From Eledone cirrhosa (lineage: Eukaryota), in NCBI GenBank assembly GCA_964016885.1, contig OZ024740.1:361770001-361834000 (forward strand): a stretch of 64,000 bases of DNA, in the 5' to 3' direction. The notes under the pieces are model-generated. The model was not told where the DNA came from. It was given only the letters and a program-made list of their open reading frames with translations, and searched no databases. Positions within the stretch are counted from its first letter, which is position 1. Each line of letters begins with the position of its first letter. Shown piece by piece: positions 1-12,021 of the stretch. The position numbers were made by a program, and so were the translations under genes.

Positions 1-1056
1 TCATAGTATAATCTCTCCTCCCAAATATATATATCATTGCAAAGAGAATATACTGAAGGCCAACTTCCAATTAGTTACAATTTTGAGATGAGGTTCATCA
101 AAGACAGTTTTTGGTATTCAAAATGTAAAATATAATTTATTTAATGATCCTTGTACTAGTACAGTACTGGAGTAGATTCTAAACTGTATTTACCAATGGC
201 CGAGCCCCTAGGCATTCAAATATTTAGGACCCCCTTTTACTACTTCAATCATTGGCGCCTCAACAAATAAAATATTGACGGTGTTTTTAGTCACTTTGAA
301 TCTCCTAGGCTTCACCCCAGTCAACCTTATGAATAATACGACGAGTAAATTTCCTCCTCTTTCTCTCTTTCTTCCTCTCTCTCCCTTTCTATCTTTTTAT
401 CTCCCTCTCTCTGAATTGTATTTGTTATTCAAACGTTAGTGTGTTACGCTGATACGGTTTGAGAATTGTATTAAAGATACACATACCTATGGAATACTCA
501 GCCGCTTATACGTTTATATATGCGAGTAGGAATTCAGTTGGTTGAACAACTGAATGTTCATCGCCGTGGCAGACGGAGAATCCGCCATATGTTTCTTATC
601 CTCTCTCTTTCTCACTGTATGTGTGTGTGTGTGCTTGTGTGTACGAGTGTGCGTGCGTGTATGTAGCATAAAGGAAACAAACAAAAGATAGCTTTAGATA
701 TATTTTATAGTACACGTTACTACCTTAATGGTCAAAGTAAACATTAAACTCTACTAAACGCTTATGTTTAAGCTAACTTTCTAAACACACATACGCACGC
801 ATACACACACACACATATGCACGCACATATGCACGCACACACTCACATATGTGGTTTCTCGTCAACATTGTTGCTTTCTGATACAGGCACAAAGCCAGAC
901 AATCTTATAGAGCGCTGTGGAAAGTAATGTAAATGAAAAAATCACTTAACTCCTGATGTGGTCGTAGGGTTACCGTCCTGACACAGAGTGTATCTTAGGC
1001 ATTTTAAATTTGGCGGAATTCATCCATTTCCAGGTCTAAATACATCCGGTTTCTTT

Positions 1057-1113
<57 letters not shown>

Positions 1114-1140
1114 TGGAAGAGAGAGATGAGAAAGAGAGAG

Positions 1141-1186
<46 letters not shown>

Positions 1187-1197
1187 GAAAGAGAGAG

Positions 1198-1242
<45 letters not shown>

Positions 1243-1277
1243 AAGAGAGGGATAAGAAACATAGATAGAGGATAGAT

Positions 1278-1436
1278 TAACCCTAGTACATGATTGGTAT
1301 TTTATTTATTGACCTTGAGAGGATGAAAGACAAGTTGATCACAGCACAGGTTTTGAGTTCAGAACGTAGAAAGGTGGAACAAAAACAGAGGCATATTTAC
1401 TCCGGCACTCTAATAACTCTGCCAATATGTCGCCTT
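1278..1436 (-). mobile_element. tRNA-derived SINE with Meta/MESC-like core, degenerate
   Basis: Minus strand starts AAGGCGACATATTGGCAGAGTTATTAGAG (A-box-like head) and carries the CTTTCATCCT...GGTCAATAAAT...TACCA core seen in the other copies (5464, 24655, 47265, 58170, 61775). Confidence 0.7.
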
Positions 1437-2058
1437 TAGTGTGGTATGTACTTGCATACCATGTATGTTTAGAAATACGAAATTTCTATACATATCTGCG
1501 TACAGCTATGTCTGAAGCTAAATCCTAATTCTCTCTCTCTCTCTATAGTGAAACATTTAGAATGTTACAAAGTTTGTCATCTCCGAACAACAATTATTTG
1601 AACTCAAAAAGCGAATTTTTTATGGGATGCCTCCATCTAAAAATCTGGAAATATTAAAACAATTCGACTGATTTTCAACCACTTTAATTTGATTTATATC
1701 TTTTATTTCTCTTTCTCTTTCCACACTTACTTAATACAATACACTTTCTATCATACTCTTCTATACCTTAATAAATATTACAATCTCTATTTTACATTCC
1801 ATAACACCATACTGTACTTCTGCTCTAGCCCACGAATACTAACAAGTGTATGATCTCGCTTTTCAAATTTACATCTTGGAGTTATTTCCTTTTGTTATGA
1901 TACATTTTTCGTAAACTAGTGTTTTAGCACGTATTACTTTAACAGTATCTTATAAAGTCGTAGAAGTGCCTAGATATTAGGTCTCTTACATTTTGGAGAT
2001 GTGGTCGGTATTGGGCCTTGAAACCTTAGGTAGGGATTTTGTTCCATGTATGAACTTA

Positions 2059-2400
2059 AATAATATAATACAATACAATACAATACAATATAATATAATA
2101 TAATATAATATAATATAATATAATATAATATAATATAATATAATATAATTGTTTCTACTTTTGGCACAAGGCCAGCAATTACCCAGTACATTACTGGTAC
2201 TTTATTTTATCGACCCCGTAAGGATGAAAGGCAAAGTTGACCTCGACGGGATTTGAACTCAGAATGGAAAGGGCCGTAACTCTATAGGCAAAGCATGACA
2301 TAATATAATATAATATAATATAATATAATATAATATAATATAATATAATATAATATAATATAATAGAATATAATATAATACAATATAATATAATATAATA
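2059..2400. repeat. two (TAATA)n pentanucleotide tracts flanking a SINE fragment
   Basis: (TAATA)n runs at ~2059-2148 and ~2300-2400. Confidence 0.9.
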
Positions 2401-2490
2401 AGGTTAACTTTGCCTTTCATCCTTACGGGGTCGATAAAATAAAGTACCAGTAATGCACTGGGTAATTGTTGGCCTTGTACCAAAAGTAGA

Positions 2491-2497
<7 letters not shown>
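2149..2497. mobile_element. inverted pair of SINE fragments (2149-2298 minus, 2401-2497 plus)
   Basis: TTGTTTCTACTTTTGGCACAAGGCC...AAGGATGAAAGGCAAAGTT on the left is the reverse complement of AACTTTGCCTTTCATCCTT...GGCCTTGTACCAAAAGTAGAAACAA on the right. Confidence 0.8.
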
Positions 2498-2587
<90 letters not shown>

Positions 2588-2814
2588 CTCTACACCTCGA
2601 TACCGACGTGAACCTAAACATCGAGTGCTCACCTGGGTGAAGCGAGACAGTTCTTATTATCACAGATTAAATGTCTATTTCTGCTTTCTGCCTTCACTCT
2701 GAGGCGGGATCTTCTGAAACAACTGAGAAATATCAATCTGTGGACGCAGAAATAAATATTTAACAAAAGTACGAACAAATGGTGGCTTAGGAAATCTCTC
2801 TCCTTCTTCTCTCT

Positions 2815-2853
<39 letters not shown>

Positions 2854-2861
2854 CACCCCAC

Positions 2862-2945
<84 letters not shown>

Positions 2946-2988
2946 AATTCAGCGAGAATCGCATTTCGGCAGGTAGAAAAAGCGAAAC

Positions 2989-3023
<35 letters not shown>

Positions 3024-3387
3024 TTAAAACAATGAAATAAAAATTCAAGTCATTAGAAATATACTTCACTGCTTTACGATCGTTTCTAGGTGATAATAAT
3101 ACATCGAACGCATATTTCGTTATCGATCTATGTAGGGTTAGTTACAAAATATCAGATAAGGAATATATTTACTTACATGTATATCATTAGCAGTTGTCAA
3201 TGAGAATTTTATTCAAAATCAGTACTAAATTGAGTTCTATGACCTTATTTGGAGGTAGCTGAAGAACAAACCAATCAAATTGTTTTTTTCCCATATGATG
3301 TTAAGATTTTTACCTACAACATTTTCAACATATGGATTACATTGAGTTCTTAATGCAGACTAGACCCCACAACCTACCGTGGATATT

Positions 3388-3419
<32 letters not shown>

Positions 3420-3421
3420 AG

Positions 3422-3509
<88 letters not shown>

Positions 3510-3829
3510 CACACACTAATATATCATCATCAAGTTCCCACAACTGGTGCAGCCAGTAACTGAAATACCACTGTAGACGTTTCCTGCTGCCAGCCCTTTT
3601 CACTAGTCTCTAGCATCCGTCATGCGTAGAAAGGTTGTGGTACTGTCAGCTGTCCAGTTATTGATATGAAAACAGGATTTTCTTCGTCTGCTTCTTTTTC
3701 GTCTTCTCGCAACTTTGCCCCAAAGGGTTATTTTAGACAGGGAGTCGTGGAGGGATACGTAACCGCCCTGGGCAAGCATTTTAGCGTAAAAAGAAAATGC
3801 ATCTCATAAACCGCAAAATACGGTAATTA

Positions 3830-3909
3830 ATTGTTTCTACTTTTGGAACAAGGTCCGCAATTATCCCAGTGCATTACTGGTACTTTATTTTATCGACCCC
3901 GTAAGGATA
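3830..3909 (-). mobile_element. SINE 3' tail fragment
   Basis: Near-identical to 2149-2226 (TTGTTTCTACTTTTGG..CAAGG...TTTTATCGACCCCGTAAGGAT). Confidence 0.75.
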
Positions 3910-4344
3910 AATTAATGAAGAATTTTGAGGGATTTGCAAAATTATTCATTATTTTATTACTAGGATAGTAACTTAAAATATGGCTCTTACATAAATAAAA
4001 CTATATTGGAAGATTTAAAATTAAATAAGAATCCTTTTTAAATGGGTGTTTTTTTAAAATGTAACTTGAGCCTTATTTTTAGATGTGTTGGTATCAAAAG
4101 GGTTAATCCACCCCAACGATTGTTAGTTAACTTGCAGACTACAATATCTTCGTGTTTCCTCTCTTTCTTTCTTTTGTCATAATCTGAAACTTTATTTGAT
4201 AAGTAATTCAGTTCCTCGTTTATTTCTTGCAGTAGTTTAAATCTCGTTTGAAATAATAAACATCTGGCAATGAATAATAAACAATGTGGAACTGGGTAGC
4301 TTTGCTTACCACTGAACTACAATTCAAATAACAATATTGTATTC

Positions 4345-4527
4345 TAATTTAGACACGAGGCCAACAATTTTGGAGCGATAAAGCGAAAGTCAATTTTACC
4401 GAAACCCTACTTTAAAGTACTTTATTTTATTGATCCCAGAAAGATGAAAGCAAAGTTGACCTCTGCGGGATTTGAAACTAAAGCGCATTTTATCCGACGC
4501 TCGAACGATTCTGCCAATCCATCGCCC
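4345..4527 (-). mobile_element. tRNA-derived SINE, Meta/MESC-like family
   Basis: GATGAAAGCAAAGTTGACCTCTGCGGGATTTGAA...AACGATTCTGCCAATCCATCGCC matches family head and core in reverse. Confidence 0.7.
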
Positions 4528-4764
4528 ACACGAAAGAAATAACAAAAATATGCAAAACAAATACCTTCTTAACAGAAATCTACTGATAGAAAAATAAGGA
4601 GTGAACTTGTCTAGATCTGTCTATGAAATCTCTTTATGTGTTAGATCTCTGTTGGTTCCGAGGACGAGTGTTCTAGTTTGAACAACGGAATAGCTTTCTC
4701 GTGAAATTGGTTTAACATAATTCTAAGGGATACGTGAACCTGCGCGTGTGTGTGTATGTGTGTG

Positions 4765-5026
4765 ACAAGGCTGAACCTTTGAATTAGAAGTACAGTTCAT
4801 CTTGTGTCATAGAGTCAGTGAATGAGCATTCCACAAAACATACTCTTAACACAGTTCTTGGAGAGGAGGTTCAGCGTGACATAGTATTTGAATTACAAGT
4901 ATAGCTCATTTTTTTACCAGTTGAGTGGACTGGAACAACGTGAAATAAAGTGTCTTGCTCAAGGACACAAGGTCGCACCGCCCGAACACACGACCGAGCA
5001 TCATAACTGCTAAGTCACGCGCCTTC
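4765..5026 (-). mobile_element. tRNA-derived CORE-type SINE
   Basis: Reverse reads TGTGTCCTTGAGCAAGACACTTTATTTCACGTTG..CCAGTCCACTCA (CORE-like segment) after a GAAGGCGCGTG head; related copies at 7180-7500 and 42395-42570. Confidence 0.7.
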
Positions 5027-5463
5027 ATTGTCTCCTTAGAAGAGAACAACATTATGTGGATAAAATAACATTGGGCCGCAAACGGTTATTATGGTCATGA
5101 CGCAACAAATGAAATTAAGTGTTTAAAAAGTTGGGTGGAAATCATAAACATAATCTTTTGGTTAAAGTCCAGCCTGTAGATTTTTATTGTTCATCTGCTA
5201 ATTTGTTAAACAGATAAAAAAAAAAAGATACGTATTTAATTACCTCAGTATTCAGTTTGCAAACGCATGCGCACTCCTTGATTTATATAAACATGCAACA
5301 GTAAACTCATTATATCCATTATATTTATATGGCTTTCGGGTAAATGTTTGTATAGCACAGCACAAAGTTTTGATATATTTATTAGTATATGTCTGTAAGC
5401 TTTAGATTTAGCAAATTTTACATATAATTACATTTCCTTATTCTCATGTTATTATGATTATTG

Positions 5464-5675
5464 AAGGCGGTGGATTGGCTGAGTCGTTAGAGAATTGGAC
5501 AAATGCGTTGTATTTGATTCGGCTTTTTACCTACTCAGTTCAAATTTATCCGAGGTCAAATTTACCTTTCATCATCACGGGGTTGATAAAATAAAGTACC
5601 AGTAATGCAGTGGGTCGATTTAATCGACTTTCCTCTCCCACAAAATGTTTGGCCTTGTGCCTAAAACAGAAACCA
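5464..5675 (+). mobile_element. full-length tRNA-derived SINE, Meta/MESC-like family
   Basis: GAAGGCGGTGGATTGGCTGAGTCGTTAG head, GTTCAAAT B-box-like, CCTTTCATC...GGGTTGATAAAATAAAGTACCAG core, GGCCTTGTGCCTAAAACAGAAAC tail. Confidence 0.8.
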
Positions 5676-5749
5676 GTATTTATTCACTGCTGTAAGTTAT
5701 AGCGGATGTCTTAGAAAAAAATAGTATAGTTTTACACACGCCACCCCCT

Positions 5750-5815
<66 letters not shown>

Positions 5816-6089
5816 ATAGCAACGTATGATAATCTAAAGGTTTACTATTGCAAGATAGAAGGTGGTATTGTGCTATGGGGAACCATATCGTTATAATGTT
5901 ATTTGGTTCGGTGCCAAAACAAGTTAAGTGTAGTAATAGCGGCCAAAAGGCACGCCTTTATAATACAAATTTAAAAGAAAAACTCTTCTTAGACGAGATA
6001 TGCCTACATCTAGAAGATGACCATTTTTTCTACTATCTACTCCAAAACTTCAAGTCCACTTCATATTATAACTTAATGACGTGTATTGT

Positions 6090-6445
6090 TTATTTTTACT
6101 CTTTTATTGGTTTCAGTCAATAGACCGAGGCGATGTTGGAGCACCGCCTTTAAGAAATTTTGCCGATCATATTGAACCTAATATTTTTTTTTTTTTTCAA
6201 TTCTGGTGTTTCTTTTATCGAACTTTATTTGTCGAACTCCTAAGTTACGGGACATAAAGAAACAGTGCACATAAACACATACACATATACACAAAGGCCT
6301 TCCACATTGTTTCCGTTTACCAAATTTCTCTAACAAGGCATTGGTCAATCCAAAGTCAGAGTAGTAGGCATTTGGTGAAGATGCAACGCAGTGGGATTGA
6401 ATCTGAAACCATGTTATAGCGAAGTAAACCCCTTAACCAAACAAC
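6090..6445 (-). mobile_element. third SINE family (octopus-type), degenerate
   Basis: TTTCAGTC..GAC.G.GGC.ATG.TGGAGCACCGCCTT tail and CGCAGTGGGATTGAATCTGAAACC (reverse B-box-like) head; recognised from memory of abundant octopus SINEs. Confidence 0.55.
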
Positions 6446-6472
6446 TATATATGCGTTCATCATGAATATAAT

Positions 6473-6689
6473 TGCCGTATATACGCGTATATAAGTCTAT
6501 ATGAATATAAGCCGACCCCACCATTTTATGTCTGAGAAATGGGCAAAAATCCATTATTTACTTAGAATTTGATGTTGGTGAAAATCGTTAAAATATTGAC
6601 CTCAAATATTAGCGATTTGTTGGTTTCATATTCCTTTTACCGATTTGTTGGTTTCATATTCCTCGGCTAATACTCGAGTATTAGTGGTA
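6473..6689. mobile_element. Tc2/pogo-like MITE remnant
   Basis: Left TGCCGTATATACGCGTATATAAGTC and right GGCTAATACTCGAGTATTAGTGGTA form degenerate TIRs of the TACCGTATATACTCGAGTATAAGCC type. Confidence 0.45.
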
Positions 6690-6764
6690 TATATATATAT
6701 TTATTTTCAAATTCCAACCCGCCCGTCCCCTCAATCTATCTTACTTCTCATTCTTTCTTTTCTT

Positions 6765-6800
6765 TCTTCTGATGAAGAACTAGCGTCCGAAACGTTAAGA
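6765..6800 (+). ncRNA. minimal type I hammerhead-like motif (PLE type), degenerate stem II
   Basis: TCTT-CTGATGA-AGAACTAGCGTCC-GAAAC-GTT-AAGA; palindromic AACGTT in place of stem III; more decayed homolog on minus at 63414-63449. Confidence 0.5.
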
Positions 6801-6885
6801 CCCTCTTCCTGCTATATCAAGCGTTAACCTAATATATCCCTTCCATATACTGTACAGATTGTGTTGTTATTTCTGTTTACCTTTT

Positions 6886-7041
<156 letters not shown>

Positions 7042-7179
7042 CTATATATATGAGTATATATATATCACTCTATCCACTATTTTATTGACTCTAAACCTTT
7101 GGGGAAGACATTGGAACCATTGAACGATTCGGTATAAGAAGAATTGATTTTGAGTTGTACAACTGGATCCTCTGTCGGT

Positions 7180-7500
7180 TATCACTACAATGGTTTCCAG
7201 TTGTTCAAGCAAGAGAACAGCCTGTTCGTGAAATTAACGTCCCAGTGGCTGAGCATTCCACAGGCATGAGCGTAGTATTCCACAGACATGAGTATTATGC
7301 ACCAAAGGCACAGCTAATTCTTTTACCAGCTATGTGTATTCTTAACGTAGTTCTCATGGGGATTCAGCGTGATGAAAGGACACCTCATTTTTTGTCATCT
7401 GAGTGGACTGGATCAATGCGAAATAAAGTGTCTTTCTCAAAGACAAAACGCGCTGCCCGGTCCGAGAATGGAACACTCTAACCAGTAAGCCATTTACCTT
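7180..7500 (-). mobile_element. CORE-type SINE, degenerate
   Basis: GAGTGGACTGGA...GAAATAAAGTGTCTT.CTCAA.GACA homologous to 4920-4970. Confidence 0.6.
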
Positions 7501-8020
7501 CAGAAAAACATTACCAAGCAAGAATCGAAATATAGCCGTGAACATACGGTATTGTGAACTTACATCCTCGGTATATTACCTTTGAAAACATAGTTTCTAT
7601 TTATCTACACTGCCTCCTACCAGCTAAAACATAATTCATCATTTATATAGCTGCAGGTATTCAGATATATCATGAATACTCACCTGCATATATAAATGGG
7701 AAGCTATGTAAGATGTATGTAATGCTTTCCTAATGACGACCTAATTCATCTGTTCCAAATTGCTCTCTCCTCAATGATCAAAGGCTTATCAAGTTTAGAA
7801 TCAGTGCCGTTTCAGTACGGCTTCATTCCTAGAAACAAAATATGCCAGTTGATTCGATATATGATGTAATAACAATTGACATTATTATGTATAGATATGG
7901 ATACATATAATACCATGCTCGGTTTACTATTATTATATACTGAGAGACATACCTACATATATGTAACACGATATATACATATATACACACAGAAATACAC
8001 ACACACACACGCACACACAT

Positions 8021-8057
<37 letters not shown>

Positions 8058-8096
8058 TACATATGTACCTAATTATATAAATATCTGTATACATAG

Positions 8097-8127
<31 letters not shown>

Positions 8128-8140
8128 CATACATATATAT

Positions 8141-10064
8141 ATACATTATGAAGAGAGAAGAAACATTTAGATATAATTAGTAATAAAATGTATCATACCT
8201 AAACTGCTCCTAAATTCCTCGACTACGTAGTTTCGTGGCATAAACAAAAACAATATATCATAAAGATATAGAGTCCTTGCGAGGTCTGCCGACTTATCAA
8301 GAGGATACCTCATTTTACTAGTCTCAAGAACGCGTCTACACGACGTGAGAAAGAATCCCAAAAGGCGGAGGGGGAGATAGTCACGCGATATAACGGTCGA
8401 GAAACAGAGCTAAGCCTCTTATAACCCCGAAGAAAATACCACGGAGGCGGAGGGGGTATTTATATCGAGGCCGTAGAAGAGGTGTTGAAGAAGGCGAGAA
8501 GTATGAGTAATGGAAGCTTTCCAGCTGTCCCCACACTTCAAAGATTGCTCGACCAGAGGGAGTTATTAACAATATATTTAGAAACACACAGATACATGCG
8601 GACACACACATATATACATGAATGCATCCGCACCCAACTGTGAGTTAAGGGTGCCAACTTCACCGATGTTGCTCAATGAATGACCGGGACAGACCAATTC
8701 AGTTGAACTAGACTGAACCAGTATCAGAGTTAAAAATACATTATGAAGAGAGAAGAAACATTTAGATATAATTAGTAATAAAATGTATCATACCTAAACT
8801 GCTCCTAAATTCCTCGACTACGTAGTTTCGTGGCATAAACAAAAACAATATATCATAAAGATATAGAGTCCTTGCGAGGTCTGCCGACTTATCAAGAGGA
8901 TACCTCATTTTACTAGTCTCAAGATCGCGTCTACACGACGTGAGAAAGAATCCCAAAAGGCGGAGGGGGAGATAGTCACGCGATATAACGGTCGAGAAAC
9001 AGAGCTAAGCCTCTTATAACCCCGAAGAAAATACCACGGAGGCGGAGGGGGTATTTATATCGAGGCCGTAGAAGAGGTGGTGAAGAAGGCGAGAAGTATG
9101 AGTAATGGAAGCTTTCCAGCTGTCCCCACACTTCAAAGATTGCTCGACCAGAGGGAGTTATTAACAATATATTTAGAAACACACAGATACATGCGGACAC
9201 ACACATATATACATGAATGCATCCGCACCCAACTGTGAGTTAAGGGTGCCAACTTCACCGATGTTGCTCAATGAATGACCGGGACAGACCAATTCAGTTG
9301 AACTAGACTGAACCAGTATCAGAGTTAAAAATACATTATGAAGAGAGAAGAAACATTTAGATATAATTAGTAATAAAATGTATCATACCTAAACTGCTCC
9401 TAAATTCCTCGACTACGTAGTTTCGTGGCATAAACAAAAACAATATATCATAAAGATATAGAGTCCTTGCGAGGTCTGCCGACTTATCAAGAGGATACCT
9501 CATTTTACTAGTCTCAAGATCGCGTCTACACGACGTGAGAAAGAATCCCAAAAGGCGGAGGGGGAGATAGTCACGCGATATAACGGTCGAGAAACAGAGC
9601 TAAGCCTCTTATAACCCCGAAGAAAATACCACGGAGGCGGAGGGGGTATTTATATCGAGGCCGTAGAAGAGGTGGTGAAGAAGGCGAGAAGTATGAGTAA
9701 TGGAAGCTTTCCAGCTGTCCCCACACTTCAAAGATTGCTCGACCAGAGGGAGTTATTAACAATATATTTAGAAACACACAGATACATGCGGACACACACA
9801 TATATACATGAATGCATCCGCACCCAACTGTGAGTTAAGGGTGCCAACTTCACCGATGTTGCTCAATGAATGACCGGGACAGACCAATTCAGTTGAACTA
9901 GACTGAACCAGTATCAGAGTTAAAAATACATTATGAAGAGAGAAGAAACATTTAGATATAATTAGTAATAAAATGTATCATACCTAAACTGCTCCTAAAT
10001 TCCTCGACTACGTAGTTTCGTGGCATAAACAAAAACAATATATCATAAAGATATAGAGTCCTTG
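8141..10064 (-). repeat. 595-bp tandem repeat, ~3.2 units, hammerhead on minus strand (retrozyme/pLTR-like)
   Basis: ATACATTATGAAGAG recurs at 8141, 8736, 9331, 9926 (period 595); hammerheads at 8216-8305, 8811-8900, 9406-9495, truncated at 10001-10064. Confidence 0.95.
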
Positions 10065-10413
10065 GCACCCTTAACTCACAGTTGGGTGCGGATAGATTCA
10101 TGTATATATGTGTGTGTCCGCATGTATCTGTGTGTTTCTAAATATATTGTTAATAACTCCCTCTGGTCGAGCAATCTTTGAAGTGTGGGGACAGCTGGAA
10201 AGCTTCCATTACTCATACTTCTCGCCTTCTTCACCACCTCTTCTACGGCCTCGATATAAATACCCCCTCCGCCTCCGTGGTATTTTCTTCGGGGTTATAA
10301 GAGGCTTAGCTCTGTTTCTCGACCGTTATATCGCGTGACTATCTCCCCCTCCGCCTTTTGGGATTCTTTCTCACGTCGTGTAGACGCGTTCTTGAGACTA
10401 GTAAAATGAGGTA

Positions 10414-10503
10414 TCCTCTTGATAAGTCGGCAGACCTCGCAAGGACTCTATATCTTTATGATATATTGTTTTTGTTTATACCACGAAACTACGTAGTCGA
10501 GGA
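10414..10503 (+). ncRNA. type I hammerhead ribozyme, U3:A8 variant (one stem II substitution)
   Basis: TCCTC-TTGATAA-stem II-GAAAC-TACGTA-GTC-GAGGA; this copy has TACCAC instead of TGCCAC in stem II. Confidence 0.75.
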
Positions 10504-11008
10504 ATTTAGGAGCAGTTTAGGTATGATACATTTTATTACTAATTATATCTAAATGTTTCTTCTCTCTTCATAATGTATTTTTAACTCTGATACTGGTTCA
10601 GTCTAGTTCAACTGAATTGGTCTGTCCCGGTCATTCAATGAGCAACATCGGTGAAGTTGGCACCCTTAACTCACAGTTGGGTGCGGATGCATTCATGTAT
10701 ATATGTGTGTGTCCGCATGTATCAGTGTGTTTCTAAATATATTGTTAATAACTCCCTCTGGTCGAGCAATCTTTGAAGTGTGGGGACAGCTGGAAAGCTT
10801 CCATTACTCATACTTCTCGCCTTCTTCACCACCTCTTCTACGGCCTCGATATAAATACCCCCTCCGCCTCCGTGGTATTTTCTTCGGGGTTATAAGAGGC
10901 TTAGCTCTGTTTCTCGACCGTTATATCGCGTGACTATCTCCCCCTCCGCCTTTTGGGATTCTTTCTCACGTCGTGTAGACGCGTTCTTGAGACTAGTAAA
11001 ATGAGGTA

Positions 11009-11098
11009 TCCTCTTGATAAGTCGGCAGACCTCGCAAGGACTCTATATCTTTATGATATATTGTTTTTGTTTATGCCACGAAACTACGTAGTCGAGGA
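11009..11098 (+). ncRNA. type I hammerhead ribozyme, U3:A8 variant
   Basis: Stem I TCCTC/GAGGA; core TTGATAA; stem II GT(C)GGCA/TGCCAC extended by GCAAGGAC/GTTTTTGT and TATATC/GATATA; GAAA; palindromic ACTACGTAGT stem III; GTC cleavage triplet. Confidence 0.85.
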
Positions 11099-11337
11099 AT
11101 TTAGGAGCAGTTTAGGTATGATACATTTTATTACTAATTATATCTAAATGTTTCTTCTCTCTTCATAATGTATTTTTAACTCTGATACTGGTTCAGTCTA
11201 GTTCAACTGAATTGGTCTGTCCCGGTCATTCATTGAGCAACATCGGTGAAGTTGGCACCCTTAACTCACAGTTGGGTGCGGATGCATTCATGTATATATG
11301 TGTGTGTCCGCATGTATCTGTGTGTTTCTAAATATAT

Positions 11338-11374
<37 letters not shown>

Positions 11375-11413
11375 ATATATATATATATTATGTTATATAT
11401 ATATATATATATA

Positions 11414-11463
11414 TTATGTTTGTTTACCCGTTGCATATCTCTCTCTATATATATATGTGTGTG

Positions 11464-11522
<59 letters not shown>

Positions 11523-11640
11523 TATGAGTATATAGATATTTATATAATTAGGTATATATGTATAGATGTATATATATATATATATATATATATACATCGA
11601 TACATATATACCTAATTATATAAATATCTATATACTCATA

Positions 11641-11729
<89 letters not shown>

Positions 11730-11777
11730 CACACATATATATATAGGGAGAGATATGCAACAGGTAAACAAACATAA
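11414..11777. repeat. fold-back inverted repeat (~170-bp arms incl. CA/TG and TA runs)
   Basis: TTATGTTTGTTTACC.GTTGCATATCTCTC...AATTAGGTA mirrored by TACCTAATT...GAGAGATATGCAAC.GGTAAACAAACATAA; TACCTAATTATATAAATATCT also at ~8067-8087. Confidence 0.9.
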
Positions 11778-11809
11778 CAAATTTGGAAACTCTGCTTCGT
11801 AGAATCGAG

Positions 11810-11902
11810 ACATATCTGAGGATCTAGCGATTTCAGAGTCAGGTTTGATCATTGCATCGATCGTGCCTCGAGCTGGTCGCCAGAGAAACGATTGTAATAT
11901 GT
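11810..11902 (+). ncRNA. type I hammerhead ribozyme, canonical core
   Basis: ACATAT-CTGAGGA-TCTAGCGA...TCGCCAGA-GAAAC-GATT-GTA-ATATGT; 6-bp stem I, long stem II, minimal stem III. Confidence 0.8.
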
Positions 11903-11977
11903 GTAATAAATCTTATTCGTCGCACCACTGATTCTCCGTTTCTTATGTGATATACTCTGCTTTAAGTATCCCACACC

Positions 11978-12018
<41 letters not shown>

Positions 12019-12021
<3 letters not shown>

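Larger units (their letters stand above)
10062..11340 (+). repeat. same 595-bp unit in opposite orientation, ~2.15 units
   Basis: Reverse complement of the left array; orientation switches at TTG microhomology 10062-10064; ends at CTAAATATATTGT before (TA)n. Confidence 0.95.

Noticed and set aside
8167-11147. Repeated 64-aa and 76-aa ORFs in the 595-bp unit
   Set aside because: No recognisable domain; the 64-aa frame is broken by a 2-bp deletion in the 588-bp subfamily while the ribozyme is preserved.
8141-11340. CRISPR array or LTR retrotransposon
   Set aside because: No unique spacers, no cas genes, no TG..CA ends, PBS or gag-pol; eukaryotic context.
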